Below, in pieces: positions 1 to 8,447 of a stretch of DNA of 64,000 nucleotides. Numbering within the stretch: the first letter of the stretch is position 1; every line of letters begins with the position of its first letter. The stretch comes from an uncultured Acidobacteriota bacterium (GTDB lineage: Bacteria; Acidobacteriota; UBA6911). The DNA lies in assembly GCA_963843575.1 (NCBI GenBank), contig CAWJKZ010000025.1:64001-128000 (forward strand). The letters run 5' to 3'. A program made the translations under genes and the position numbers. The notes below the pieces were generated by a model. It saw only the letters and a program-made list of their open reading frames with translations, had not been told where the DNA came from and made no database searches.

Positions 1-53
1 GGGTCTGTCTCTGCCCACGCGCTCCAGGTGACGCCCGTTCTCACGTTTGCCAC
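1..53 (-). CDS. Possible N-terminus of a PP2C-family phosphatase (runs off window)
   Basis: GTG at 53 reads MANVRTGVTWSAWAETDP, resembling the PP2C start motif a.tD.G..R..NED; it lies downstream of an FHA gene. Only 17-18 codons are visible. Confidence 0.3.
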   Translation of the reverse strand, partial: MANVRTGVTWSAWAETD

Positions 54-56
54 GGG

Positions 57-167
57 TTATCTCGAATCCTCACCGGACGAGGATATCAGATGGGCGGCGC
101 AGATGTATGCCACAACGACGACGAGCAAAGCCAGGAACCCGTACCTCGCCCAGTAGTAGAAACTCAT
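57..167 (-). CDS. 36-aa single-TM peptide MSFYYWARYGFLALLVVVVAYICAAHLISSSGEDSR
   Basis: Read manually; its ATG overlaps the stop of the FHA gene (ATGA); hydrophobic core. Confidence 0.5.
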   Translation of the reverse strand: MSFYYWARYGFLALLVVVVAYICAAHLISSSGEDSR

Positions 168-958
168 AGGCTCTCGAACTCGATGACCACTTTGTCGGCC
201 AGTTTCAGTCTGGCCTTCGGCGGAATCCTCACCCACTCCTTGTGGGCGACGCGGGTGCCGTCGACGGCGGTGCCGAAACGGCTGACATCCTGGACATAGA
301 ACTCGCGGCTGGTCTCGTCCCGCCGTAGATAAAGGTGCTGGCGCGAGATGTCGGCCGGGCCGTCCAACTGGAGGTCGCAGTATTCAGCCCTGCCGCCGCG
401 CCCGATCGCGATCTCCGCGTTCGTCATCAGGTATTCCCGCCGCTGCCCTTCCTTGTCGATATAGATGAGACGCGCCAGGGGGGCTCCGGGCTCAGCCCGG
501 CCCTCCTCGGTCAAGCGGCTCAGCTTCCGGGTTTCCCCTCCTGAGCGGATCGTCACCATCCGCTGCGTCTTGGCGCCGGCGCCGAACTCCTGCTGTTGGG
601 GAAGAGTCAGACGCGAGTCTATCAGGATGTCCCCCGGGGCGAGCTCGTCGTCTTCGTCCAGGTGGAACTTCACGTACCAGTCGCTCTCGGCCGCTTCGGT
701 CTTGGGGCCGCTGCGTTTGAGCCCGGGGAGCAACGACTTGCGCGCGCCCTGGACACGGCCCAGTTCGTCCTTCAGGGCACTCCTGGCTTCGTCGCGGATC
801 CTTGGGAGGATGGCAGCCAGACGCTCGTAGTCCTGCCGGTGAAGATACACGTCGTAGTGGCTGGCGACCAGCGTGGTGAACAGCAGCGGCTCCTGCGATT
901 CCCTCATGTTTTCAAGTATCGCCAGAATGATCTCTTTGCCCGTGGCTCTCGCGTCCAT
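164..958 (-). CDS. FhaA-like protein (DUF3662-like N-terminus + C-terminal FHA domain)
   Basis: FHA motifs IGRGG, ISRQH, DVSRFGT; N-terminal SHYDVYLHRQDYERL resembles DUF3662. Confidence 0.8.
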   Translation of the reverse strand: MDARATGKEIILAILENMRESQEPLLFTTLVASHYDVYLHRQDYERLAAILPRIRDEARSALKDELGRVQGARKSLLPGLKRSGPKTEAAESDWYVKFHLDEDDELAPGDILIDSRLTLPQQQEFGAGAKTQRMVTIRSGGETRKLSRLTEEGRAEPGAPLARLIYIDKEGQRREYLMTNAEIAIGRGGRAEYCDLQLDGPADISRQHLYLRRDETSREFYVQDVSRFGTAVDGTRVAHKEWVRIPPKARLKLADKVVIEFESL

Positions 959-979
959 GAATGAAAAGCCTCGAAGGTC

Positions 980-1009
980 AGTTTAGACACATGCAAAATT
1001 TCCTGTCAA
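980..1009 (-). promoter_or_regulatory. Sigma70-type promoter of the FHA operon
   Basis: TTGACA-18 nt-TAAACT on the minus strand. Confidence 0.55.
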
Positions 1010-1163
1010 TTCGGGCAGAACTCGACCTGCAGGGGTGTCCAGGGATAACAACGGAAAAACTTCCGGATTTGTTCCCCTGAAGGCGTTACTTTCCGCTTTA
1101 CTCACGGCTCCGCGTTTGTTTATCCTGCAGCCAAGCGCGTCCCCCGGATTTACGGAGCCCCTT

Positions 1164-1580
1164 ATGCCACACCGCGTCGTGACGGCGTTTTCGTGTATCT
1201 TTCTGGCAATAAGCGGGTTCGGGCAGGCCCGGAGGCCTCAGAAGATCGATCCCCAGGCGCAGCTTTTCAGCTACTATCGCCAATACCCGGATCGGTACAT
1301 CCGCATCTCGCAGGAATCGTGGCGGTACAACCAGAGGACCCGGGTGGCTCAGCATTCCTTCACCCTCAACAACACGGCGATGGTCCCATATTGCGAGATT
1401 CGGATCCGTTTCGAGTACAAGGATGAAAAAGGGGCGACCTTGTTGACCCAGTCGCAACAGTTGGCGGGGATCCTCCAGCCCTACCGGCCCGTACAACAGA
1501 AGGACGTCACCCTCAAAGCCGTCCCGGCCCCGGCTGTGAATGTCGTGGTCTCCGTCGACAAGGCCCTCGTCTGCCGTTAA
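1164..1580 (+). CDS. Secreted hypothetical protein, FxLYD-like beta domain
   Basis: GGAG upstream of ATG 1164; signal-like N-terminus; FTLNN...[10 protein letters not shown] pattern. Confidence 0.6.
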   Translation: MPHRVVTAFSCIFLAISGFGQARRPQKIDPQAQLFSYYRQYPDRYIRISQESWRYNQRTRVAQHSFTLNNTAMVPYCEIRIRFEYKDEKGATLLTQSQQLAGILQPYRPVQQKDVTLKAVPAPAVNVVVSVDKALVCR

Positions 1581-1610
1581 TCCGCTTCCTGCTTCCGGCT
1601 TCCCGCTTTG

Positions 1611-2953
1611 TTACAGCAGGTTGCTGGCGAGCTCCGCGAGTTCTGATCGCTCCCCCTTCTCCAGGTTCACGTGAGCGTACAGGCGCTGCCCCTTGAAGTG
1701 GTCGATCAGATACGAGAGCCCGTTGGACTGTCCATCGAGATATGGGTGGTCGATCTGGTAGATGTCGCCGGTGAGGACGAGTTTGGCGCCCTCGCCGGCG
1801 CGCGTGATGATTGTCTTGATCTCGTGGGGCGTAAGGTTTTGCGCTTCGTCCACGATGAAGATGACCTTCGACAGGCTCCTGCCGCGGATGTAGCTGAGCG
1901 GTTCGATGACGAGCTTCTCGTCCCGGATCATCTGGTCGATCTGCTGGAACTGCTTGTCGTCTTCGCCGAACTGGCTCTGGATCACCCTCAGGTTGTCCCA
2001 CAGGGGCTGCATGTAGGGGGCGAGCTTGCTCTCGATGTCCCCGGGCAGGTAACCCATGTCCTTGTTGCTGAGCGGAACGACGGGGCGGGCCATGAAGATC
2101 TGCCGGTACTGCTTTTTCACCTGAATGGCGCTGGCCAGCGCGCAGCAGCGTTTTGCCGGTGCCGGCCTTGCCGGTCAGCGTCACGAGCGGGATGCTGGTC
2201 CGGGTGAGCGCGTCGATGGCAAAGGTCTGCTCCGCGTTTCTCGGTTTGATGCCGTAGGCCGGCGACCTTGTCCAACCGTCGCAGCGAGGCGGAGTCGGTC
2301 TCGAAGAACGCGAGCGCCGACCGGCTGGCGTTGCGCAGGATGAAGTACTTGTTGGCGACGAGATCGAGCTTTAGGGAGGCCACCTGGGCGGCCGGGAGCT
2401 CGTAGGGAGGCTGGTACAGGGCCGTCAGGATTGCGTCGTCGACGTCCTCGACGATTTCCTTTCCGCTGTAGAGCTCCTCGATGCTGCGCACACGGTCCGT
2501 CGTGTAGTCCTGGGCTGGGATGCAAAGCGCCTTGGCCTTCATCCGCAGATTCACGTCCTTGGTGACCAGGATGACCGACTTTTTCCTGTGCGCCTTCTTG
2601 AACAGGTCGAGGGCCACGCTGAGGATGCGGTGATCGGGGTTGTCCTCGCGGAACACCTCCTGGATCTCGGGGCTCAGTCCCTTGGTGATCGCAACCCGGA
2701 CCTTCCCCTTCCCTCTCCCGAGAGAGATGCCGCCGTCGAATACGGCGTTCCCCGAAAGCGAATCGAGTGTCCGCGCGAACTCGCGGGCGTTGTAGTTGAT
2801 GACCTGGCTCCCGCGCTTGAAGTGGTCGATTTCCTCGATCACGGCCAGCGGGATGACGACGTCGTTCTCCTGGAAACGGTGGATGCAGGTCGCATCGTGC
2901 AGGATGACGTTCGTGTCGAGGATGAAGGTCTTGGCCCGTTTGGGTTCCGGCAT
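1611..2953 (-). CDS. PhoH2/YlaK-family PIN + PhoH ATPase, split by two frameshifts (~2262, ~2143)
   Basis: PIN motif [10 protein letters not shown]; Walker A GKAGTGKT in a second frame; RGRSL and IVDEAQN in a third frame. Confidence 0.85.
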
Positions 2954-2965
2954 GCCCTGATTATG

Positions 2966-4150
2966 TCACAGGGCACCAACCGAGGCGAGCGCCTGCTCGA
3001 GGTCTGCCTCCAGGTCGGCGGCATCCTCGATGCCGCACGAGAGGCGCACGAGCGAATCCGTGATCCCGTATCGGAGCCTCTCCTGCTCCGGAGTGTCCCA
3101 GTAGGACATCAGGACGGGCATCTCAACGAGGGATTCGACTCCGCCCAGGCTCGGCGCGATGTAGGGGATCCGGCAGCTGTCGACGAACCGGACGGCGGCG
3201 GCGAAACTCCCGTCGATCTCAAAGCTCACGACGCCCCCGAACCCGCTCATCAGCCGGGCGGCGCAGGCGTGGTCGGGGTGGCTTTCCAGTCCGGGGTAGT
3301 GGACCTTGCGCACGCGAGGATGATGCTCCAGCATGCGCGCTATCCTCAGGGCGTTGTCGTTCTGGCGCGCCACCCGAAGTGCCAGGGTCTTCAGCCCGCG
3401 CAGCAGCAGATAAGCGGTGTGGGCGGTGCTTATCCCCCCGAGCACGCCGACGGCCTTGCGCAGCGGCTCGACTTCGGCCGACTTGCCGGCCGCGATGCCG
3501 GCCAGCAGGTCGTTGTGACCGCCGAGGTACTTCGTCGCGCTGTGCAGCACGAGGTCGGCGCCGCTTTCGAGCGGCCGGTGATTGACCGGGGTGGCGAAGG
3601 TCGAATCGACGATAAACTTCGCTCCGCGCGCGTGGGCGATGCGGACCGCCTCGGGCAGGTCGATGACCCTCAGATATGGGTTCGTGGGCAGTTCGGTGAA
3701 AACGACCGCGGCCCCGTCGCGGAGGGCTCCCGCGAGTGCGTCCAGGCTGGCCGGTTCGATCACGGTCGTCCGGACGCCCAGCTTCGTGAGGAATTCGGCG
3801 CAGAACTGCCGCGTCCTCCGGTAGCAGTCGCTGGTGAGGACCAGGTGCCCCCCCGGTTCCAGCAACGTCAGCAAAGTCGTGGTTATCGCCGACATCCCCG
3901 AACCGAACAGGACGGCCGCCTCGGCCCCCTCGAGGTCGGCCACCTTGCGTTCGACCGCGCGCCACGTCGGGTTGCCGTAGCGGCCGTATTCGTCGCGGGG
4001 GCAGCCCCCTTCCTGGTAGGCGCGGACTTCGGCCGAATCTTTGAACCAGAACGTGGCAGTCTCGTAGATCGGGGTGGTCAGGGAACCGTCCCGCGAGGTG
4101 ATCCTCTCCCCGGCGTGGACGCAACGACTCGAGTAGCCTCCCTTTGCCAT
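2966..4150 (-). CDS. metB: Cystathionine gamma-synthase (Cys/Met PLP family), plant-type signature
   Basis: YGRYGNPT, DSTFATP, HSATKYLGGHND (PLP Lys), IAPSLGGVES, LVRLSCGIED. Confidence 0.85.
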   Translation of the reverse strand: MAKGGYSSRCVHAGERITSRDGSLTTPIYETATFWFKDSAEVRAYQEGGCPRDEYGRYGNPTWRAVERKVADLEGAEAAVLFGSGMSAITTTLLTLLEPGGHLVLTSDCYRRTRQFCAEFLTKLGVRTTVIEPASLDALAGALRDGAAVVFTELPTNPYLRVIDLPEAVRIAHARGAKFIVDSTFATPVNHRPLESGADLVLHSATKYLGGHNDLLAGIAAGKSAEVEPLRKAVGVLGGISTAHTAYLLLRGLKTLALRVARQNDNALRIARMLEHHPRVRKVHYPGLESHPDHACAARLMSGFGGVVSFEIDGSFAAAVRFVDSCRIPYIAPSLGGVESLVEMPVLMSYWDTPEQERLRYGITDSLVRLSCGIEDAADLEADLEQALASVGAL

Positions 4151-4193
4151 GTGGCCTCCTAATGTCTTGCGCAGGGGCAGCTCGCCGCCCGCG

Positions 4194-5978
4194 TCAGGCA
4201 GTCATCTCAGCGCGGGCGCGCAGGTCGGAATCCAGCCGCGCCGGTTCTGCCCGCCCGGTCACGATTTCCAGGAGATCGGCGCAGACCGACAGGCTGGTGG
4301 GCCACCGGCCCGCCCCTTTGCCGCTCAGCAGCACATCCCGCTTCCGTCCGCGGACCCGGATGAGAACCCGGTTCTCGACCCCGGCGGCCCTGCTCAGCGG
4401 GTGCTGCGACGGAAGTTCCTCGGGTCTCACCTCCGCCTCCAGTCCGGCCGCGGTTCGCCGGCAGGTGGCCACCAGACGCACGGCCTTGCCCTCCTCCCGT
4501 GCACGGCGCACCCGTTCGGGGCCGATCCCCTCGATGCCGCTGCACCGGACGGCATCGGGGTCGAGCGTCGCGCCGAAGGCGGTATGCGCCAGCACCGAGA
4601 GCTTCTGGGCGCTGTCGGCACCGCTCAGGTCGAGGTGCGGGTCGGCTTCGGCAAATCCCTGTCGTTGCGCCTCGCCCAGTGCCACCGAGAATTCCACACC
4701 TTCGGCCAGCTTTTCCAGCATGTAATTGCACGTTCCGTTCAGCACTCCGGACACCTGCTCGATCGTGTGATGCCGTGCAAGCAGCCGGACGCGTTCGAGC
4801 ACCGGGACGGCGCCCCCCACGCTCGCCGAGTAAAGGAGGCGGGCGCCGCTGCGGCAGGCGATTTGCCGCAGGCCCTCGCCGTGGCGCGCGATCACGGCCT
4901 TGTTGGCGGTCACCACGCTGCGCCCGGCCGCGAGGGCGGACCGTATGAGGGATCCCGCGGGCTCCAACCCTCCGATCAGTTCGAGCACGACGTCGGTCGG
5001 CCGCTCAAGCAGGCGCGCGGGGTCGTCTGTCAGAAGCTCCCGCGGCACCCGACGGTCGCGTGATTTGCCGATGTTTCGCACCGCGATGCCGGTCAGCTCG
5101 AAGAGGTCGGGCCGGGCCGCCAGCTTCTCGAAGACCCCCATCCCGACCGTGCCCAGCCCGAGCAATGCGACGCGCAGGGGGCGCGCCCGCGGTCCGGGCT
5201 CCCCGGGTGCCGAGGTCGCCGTCCCGATCACGGTTTCGTCGGACGAACAGGCCGAAGCGAGCGCGAACGTGTACCCCCGCGCACGCGCAAATTGAAGGGC
5301 CTTGGGCTGGATCAGCCGACCCGAGACACGCGCTGCGTCCTCCCAGGAGATGGAGGAATACCGTCTCGCCGAGGCACCCGTTCGGGGATCCGTAGAGTAC
5401 ACGCCGTCGACATCCTTCAGCAGCCGGCATTTCCCCGCCCGAAGGCTCCATGCCGCAAACAGCGCGGTCAGATCGGAGCCGCCGCGTCCGAGAAGCGCCG
5501 GGCCGCCGGACGCGCTCCGGCCGAAAAAACCGGGCAACACGACGACGGGGGTGCGGGCCAGAAACCCGAGCAGCCTGCGGGTGTCGAGGGCCACCGGTTC
5601 GGAGTCGAGCGGGGGCCCGGCGACAAGCAACCCGACAGCTTCCGGGTCAACTACGGAGGCCGGCACGCCGGCCTCCTCGAGCGCCATCCCGAGCAGGGCC
5701 GCGGACGCGGTTTCGCCCGTGGCGAGCAGCCGGGCAAGGCAGCCGGGATCCGGGGCCGCGAAGCGCCGCCCGGCCAGGCCGGCCAGGCGGTCCGTGACTC
5801 CCGGGAAAGCCGACACGACGGCCAGAACGCGGAAGCCGCGCCGGAGCTCGCGGTAAATCTCCGCTACGGCGGCGTCCAGGTCGCTCGCACCGCGCAGGAC
5901 GGAGCTGCCGAACTTCAGTACGGCTACGGGTTCGGAACCGGCAGGAAGGGTGGAAACGGATGCAGGATCGTTCGACAC
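4194..5978 (-). CDS. Aspartokinase-like domain fused to homoserine dehydrogenase, no ACT domains
   Basis: KFGSS, VVSA, LGRGGSD, DVDGVYSTDP; then GLGTVG, VTANK, GVLNGTCNY, GFAEADP, GAGRWPT; SD GAGGAG before GTG. Confidence 0.85.
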   Translation of the reverse strand: MSNDPASVSTLPAGSEPVAVLKFGSSVLRGASDLDAAVAEIYRELRRGFRVLAVVSAFPGVTDRLAGLAGRRFAAPDPGCLARLLATGETASAALLGMALEEAGVPASVVDPEAVGLLVAGPPLDSEPVALDTRRLLGFLARTPVVVLPGFFGRSASGGPALLGRGGSDLTALFAAWSLRAGKCRLLKDVDGVYSTDPRTGASARRYSSISWEDAARVSGRLIQPKALQFARARGYTFALASACSSDETVIGTATSAPGEPGPRARPLRVALLGLGTVGMGVFEKLAARPDLFELTGIAVRNIGKSRDRRVPRELLTDDPARLLERPTDVVLELIGGLEPAGSLIRSALAAGRSVVTANKAVIARHGEGLRQIACRSGARLLYSASVGGAVPVLERVRLLARHHTIEQVSGVLNGTCNYMLEKLAEGVEFSVALGEAQRQGFAEADPHLDLSGADSAQKLSVLAHTAFGATLDPDAVRCSGIEGIGPERVRRAREEGKAVRLVATCRRTAAGLEAEVRPEELPSQHPLSRAAGVENRVLIRVRGRKRDVLLSGKGAGRWPTSLSVCADLLEIVTGRAEPARLDSDLRARAEMTA

Positions 5979-6043
5979 GACAGGTTCTCCTCGAGGTGAC
6001 GCGTTGACTGGACCCGGAAAGGCCGCCGGGCCGATCCGGGCAT

Positions 6044-6077
6044 AAAAAAAGCACCGCCCTTTTTTGCCGGGCCGTGC
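6044..6077 (-). terminator. Attenuator terminator upstream of the met operon
   Basis: Minus strand GCACGGCCC-GGCAAAAAA-GGGCGGTGC followed by T7 (8 of 9 stem positions pair). Confidence 0.7.
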
Positions 6078-6127
6078 CGCGTCACGCAGAGAAGAACTTT
6101 GGTGCCCAGTTCGTCAACGCGAACGCG

Positions 6128-6190
6128 TCACACGCCCGGCACGGGCATGTACATGCGCATTCGCATCGTAAAACGGGTCACGTCGCTCAA
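6128..6190 (-). CDS. Met-rich leader peptide MSDVTRFTMRMRMYMPVPGV
   Basis: TTG start 8 nt after GAGGA; ATG codons at 6166, 6160, 6154, 6148; TGA at 6130-6128. Confidence 0.75.
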   Translation of the reverse strand: MSDVTRFTMRMRMYMPVPGV

Positions 6191-6215
6191 TTTCGCAGTC
6201 CTCGAACTGATTGGA

Positions 6216-6245
6216 AGCGTAGCCGAGGTGAGGCGTGGCTGTCAA
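6216..6245 (-). promoter_or_regulatory. Sigma70-type promoter of the met leader
   Basis: TTGACA (6245-6240)-18 nt-TACGCT (6221-6216). Confidence 0.65.
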
Positions 6246-6371
6246 GCGGCAGGTGCGGGGCGACACCTGTGTCGTGCCGTCCCCTGCCGCGCCCTGCCTG
6301 ATTGAGTCTGCGGCGAAGCCCGAGGAGAGTGGTCGCCGAGATGAAAACGAATCCGGCGCGACGGGCACGGC

Positions 6372-6455
6372 GGCAATTCGGCTTGGCGCCAAGGCGCCGG
6401 GCATTCCGGCCGCAGGACGTATGTGCAAGCGGCGCCGAGGCGCCCGCACTCCAGA
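6372..6455 (+). repeat. Repeat family A, degenerate partial copy
   Basis: gcaattcggc..ggcgcc.aggcgccg.gcattcc.gccgcaggacg...agcggcgccgaggcgcc.gcactccaga matches about 7581-7660. Confidence 0.75.
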
Positions 6456-6508
6456 CTCGGCGCGCATTTTGCGGTGATGGCGGCCAGCCGATCCGCTATG
6501 CTGTGGCG

Positions 6509-7439
6509 ATGAGCCAGCGGGAATTTGTCGCCCTGGGCACCGCCAGCCAGGCGCCCGACGCGGGAGAGAAGCCACAACAGCTACTTTCTTCGGTGGGACG
6601 ACGGCGGGTTCCTGTTCGACCCCGGCGAGGGCACACAGCGTCAGCTCATCTACGCGGAGATCCCCGCATGCGCCATCCGGCGCGTCTGCATCACCCACTT
6701 CCACGGCGATCACTGCCTCGGGCTTCCCGGCCTGCTCCAGCGCATGTCTCTCGACGGCTGCGGCCACCCGGTGGAGGTGTACTACCCCGAAGAGGGGCAG
6801 CCCTACTTCGAGCGGTTGCGGTCGGCGTCGGTGTTCTTCCCGCAGCTGGACATCCTTGCGCGCCCGGTCTGCTCGGCGCGGGAGGGTTTGATCGAGTTGC
6901 GGCGGTCGGATGAGTACGTGTTATACGCGCATGCCCTGGAGCACTCGGTTCCGACGCTCGGCTACCGTATCGAGGAGTTGCCCCGGCGCCATTTCATTCC
7001 GGCAAGACTGGCGGAGGCGGGCGTTTCGGGGGCTGCCGTCGGCGAGCTGCTCCGGCACGGCGCGGTGTGCGTGGAGGGGCGGGAAGTCACACTCGAGGAG
7101 ACAACGGTGATGAGGCAGGGGAGCGTCGTCGCCTTCGTGATGGACACACGACCCTGTGCCGGGGCGACCGCGCTGGCGCGCGACGCCGACTTGCTGGTGA
7201 TGGAGGCGACGTTCGCCGCGCCGGAAGAAGCCCTCGCTGCATCCTATCGTCACTCGACGGCGCGGGAGGCCGCCCAGACGGCGCGCGACGCGAGCGCGCA
7301 CCGGCTGGCCCTGACGCACTTTTCGGCGCGCTACCCCGACACCACCCCCCTCCTCGCGGAAGCCTGCGAGGTGTTCCTGGAAACCATCGCCCTGCGGGAC
7401 TTCGACCGGGTCGGCATCCCCAGGCGCCGGCAGGGATAA
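6509..7439 (+). CDS. rnz: Ribonuclease Z (frameshift near 6555)
   Basis: MSQREFVALGTASQAP continues in another frame as TRERSHNS; DPGEGTQRQ, THFHGDHCLG, DTRPC, MEATF, HST, LTHFSARY. Confidence 0.9.
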
Positions 7440-7486
7440 TCAGCCCCACGCGACGCCACGACATGCGGATCCGGGCTGAAGAGGTC

Positions 7487-7699
7487 GTCCAACGGTTGAT
7501 TGTGGAGTGCGGCGGCTCAACGCCGCTTTGGTGGCGGCGGCTCGGCGCCACCAAAGGCCGAGGTCGCAGGGTTGCATCTCGCAATTCGGCGTGGCGCCGA
7601 GGCGCCGAGCATTCCTGCCGCAGGACGAGTGAAAGCGGCGCCGAGGCGCCGCACTCCAGATTACTTCAGTTCATCCGGATTGAACGTCAACCGTTGGAC
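7487..7699 (+). repeat. Repeat family A: MITE/REPIN-like element with nested inverted repeats
   Basis: Outer TIR GTCCAACGGTTGA/TCAACCGTTGGAC; inner TGGAGTGCGGC/GCCGCACTCCA; an inverted copy lies at 20086-20279. Confidence 0.85.
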
Positions 7700-7733
7700 A
7701 GCCTCTCAAGCCCGGACCCACATATCGGCCTGC

Positions 7734-8201
7734 CTATTTCTTCAGAATGTCGTCGAACTTGATCAGCTCGGCTTGGTACTGGGACGCAATCCCCTCCGCG
7801 CGCGTCCTGTCGCGGTACCCAAGAATCCCGCCCGCGACCTGTTTCTTGAACCCGTCGGAGCGCAGGTACACACCCTCGTCGGCTTTCATCCAGGTGCCCG
7901 AAGGGTAGTCGGTGGTGAAATAGGCCGCGATGTTCGCCTTCTTCACCTTGTTCGCATGCTGGACCATGCAGGCGATATCGTCGAACTTGCGTACGAACCC
8001 GTCCTTGGTGACGAATTCGGCGGCGTAGCGCTTCTCGAGAATGGGCTTCTTGCAGAACAGGCACGTGTCGTCCACAGTGATGTCCAGGGGTCTCGGGACG
8101 ACCTCGCCACCGCAGGCGAGCATCGCGGCAGCCGCACCGGAGAGCAGGATCGGGCAAAGGTACTTCCAGAACCGGGAATGGGGCCGGGGACTCGATCTCA
8201 T
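7734..8201 (-). CDS. NosL-family lipoprotein
   Basis: SD GGAGGT; lipobox MLAC; CLFC..I...YAAE...FDDIAC pattern of NosL. Confidence 0.7.
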   Translation of the reverse strand: MRSSPRPHSRFWKYLCPILLSGAAAAMLACGGEVVPRPLDITVDDTCLFCKKPILEKRYAAEFVTKDGFVRKFDDIACMVQHANKVKKANIAAYFTTDYPSGTWMKADEGVYLRSDGFKKQVAGGILGYRDRTRAEGIASQYQAELIKFDDILKK

Positions 8202-8447
8202 GGGGCAATCACCTCCTGGTAGAAATGAGTGCGACAAGATTGACTGGTCGGCGCCGCAACTGGCCGGGCGGCTTTGTTGCACCTCCGATAGTAGAAGCCA
8301 CAAGATTTTGTCCAGATAATAAATCGCCGGAGGCCGTCTGCAAACACATTTCGCACGGTCCGACGCCACAAAAAACCGGCCGGACGATGCTCTCCCCTGA
8401 TATCCTGCGTGGACGCTGTCGATCGATTTCATATGCCGGAGGCCACC

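Noticed and set aside
5979-6245. SAM riboswitch or T-box upstream of the met operon
   Set aside because: No SAM-I core (ATC.AGAG...GCAACC) or T-box (AAGGTGGTACC-like) motif was visible; the leader-peptide model fits better. An Rfam scan is still needed.
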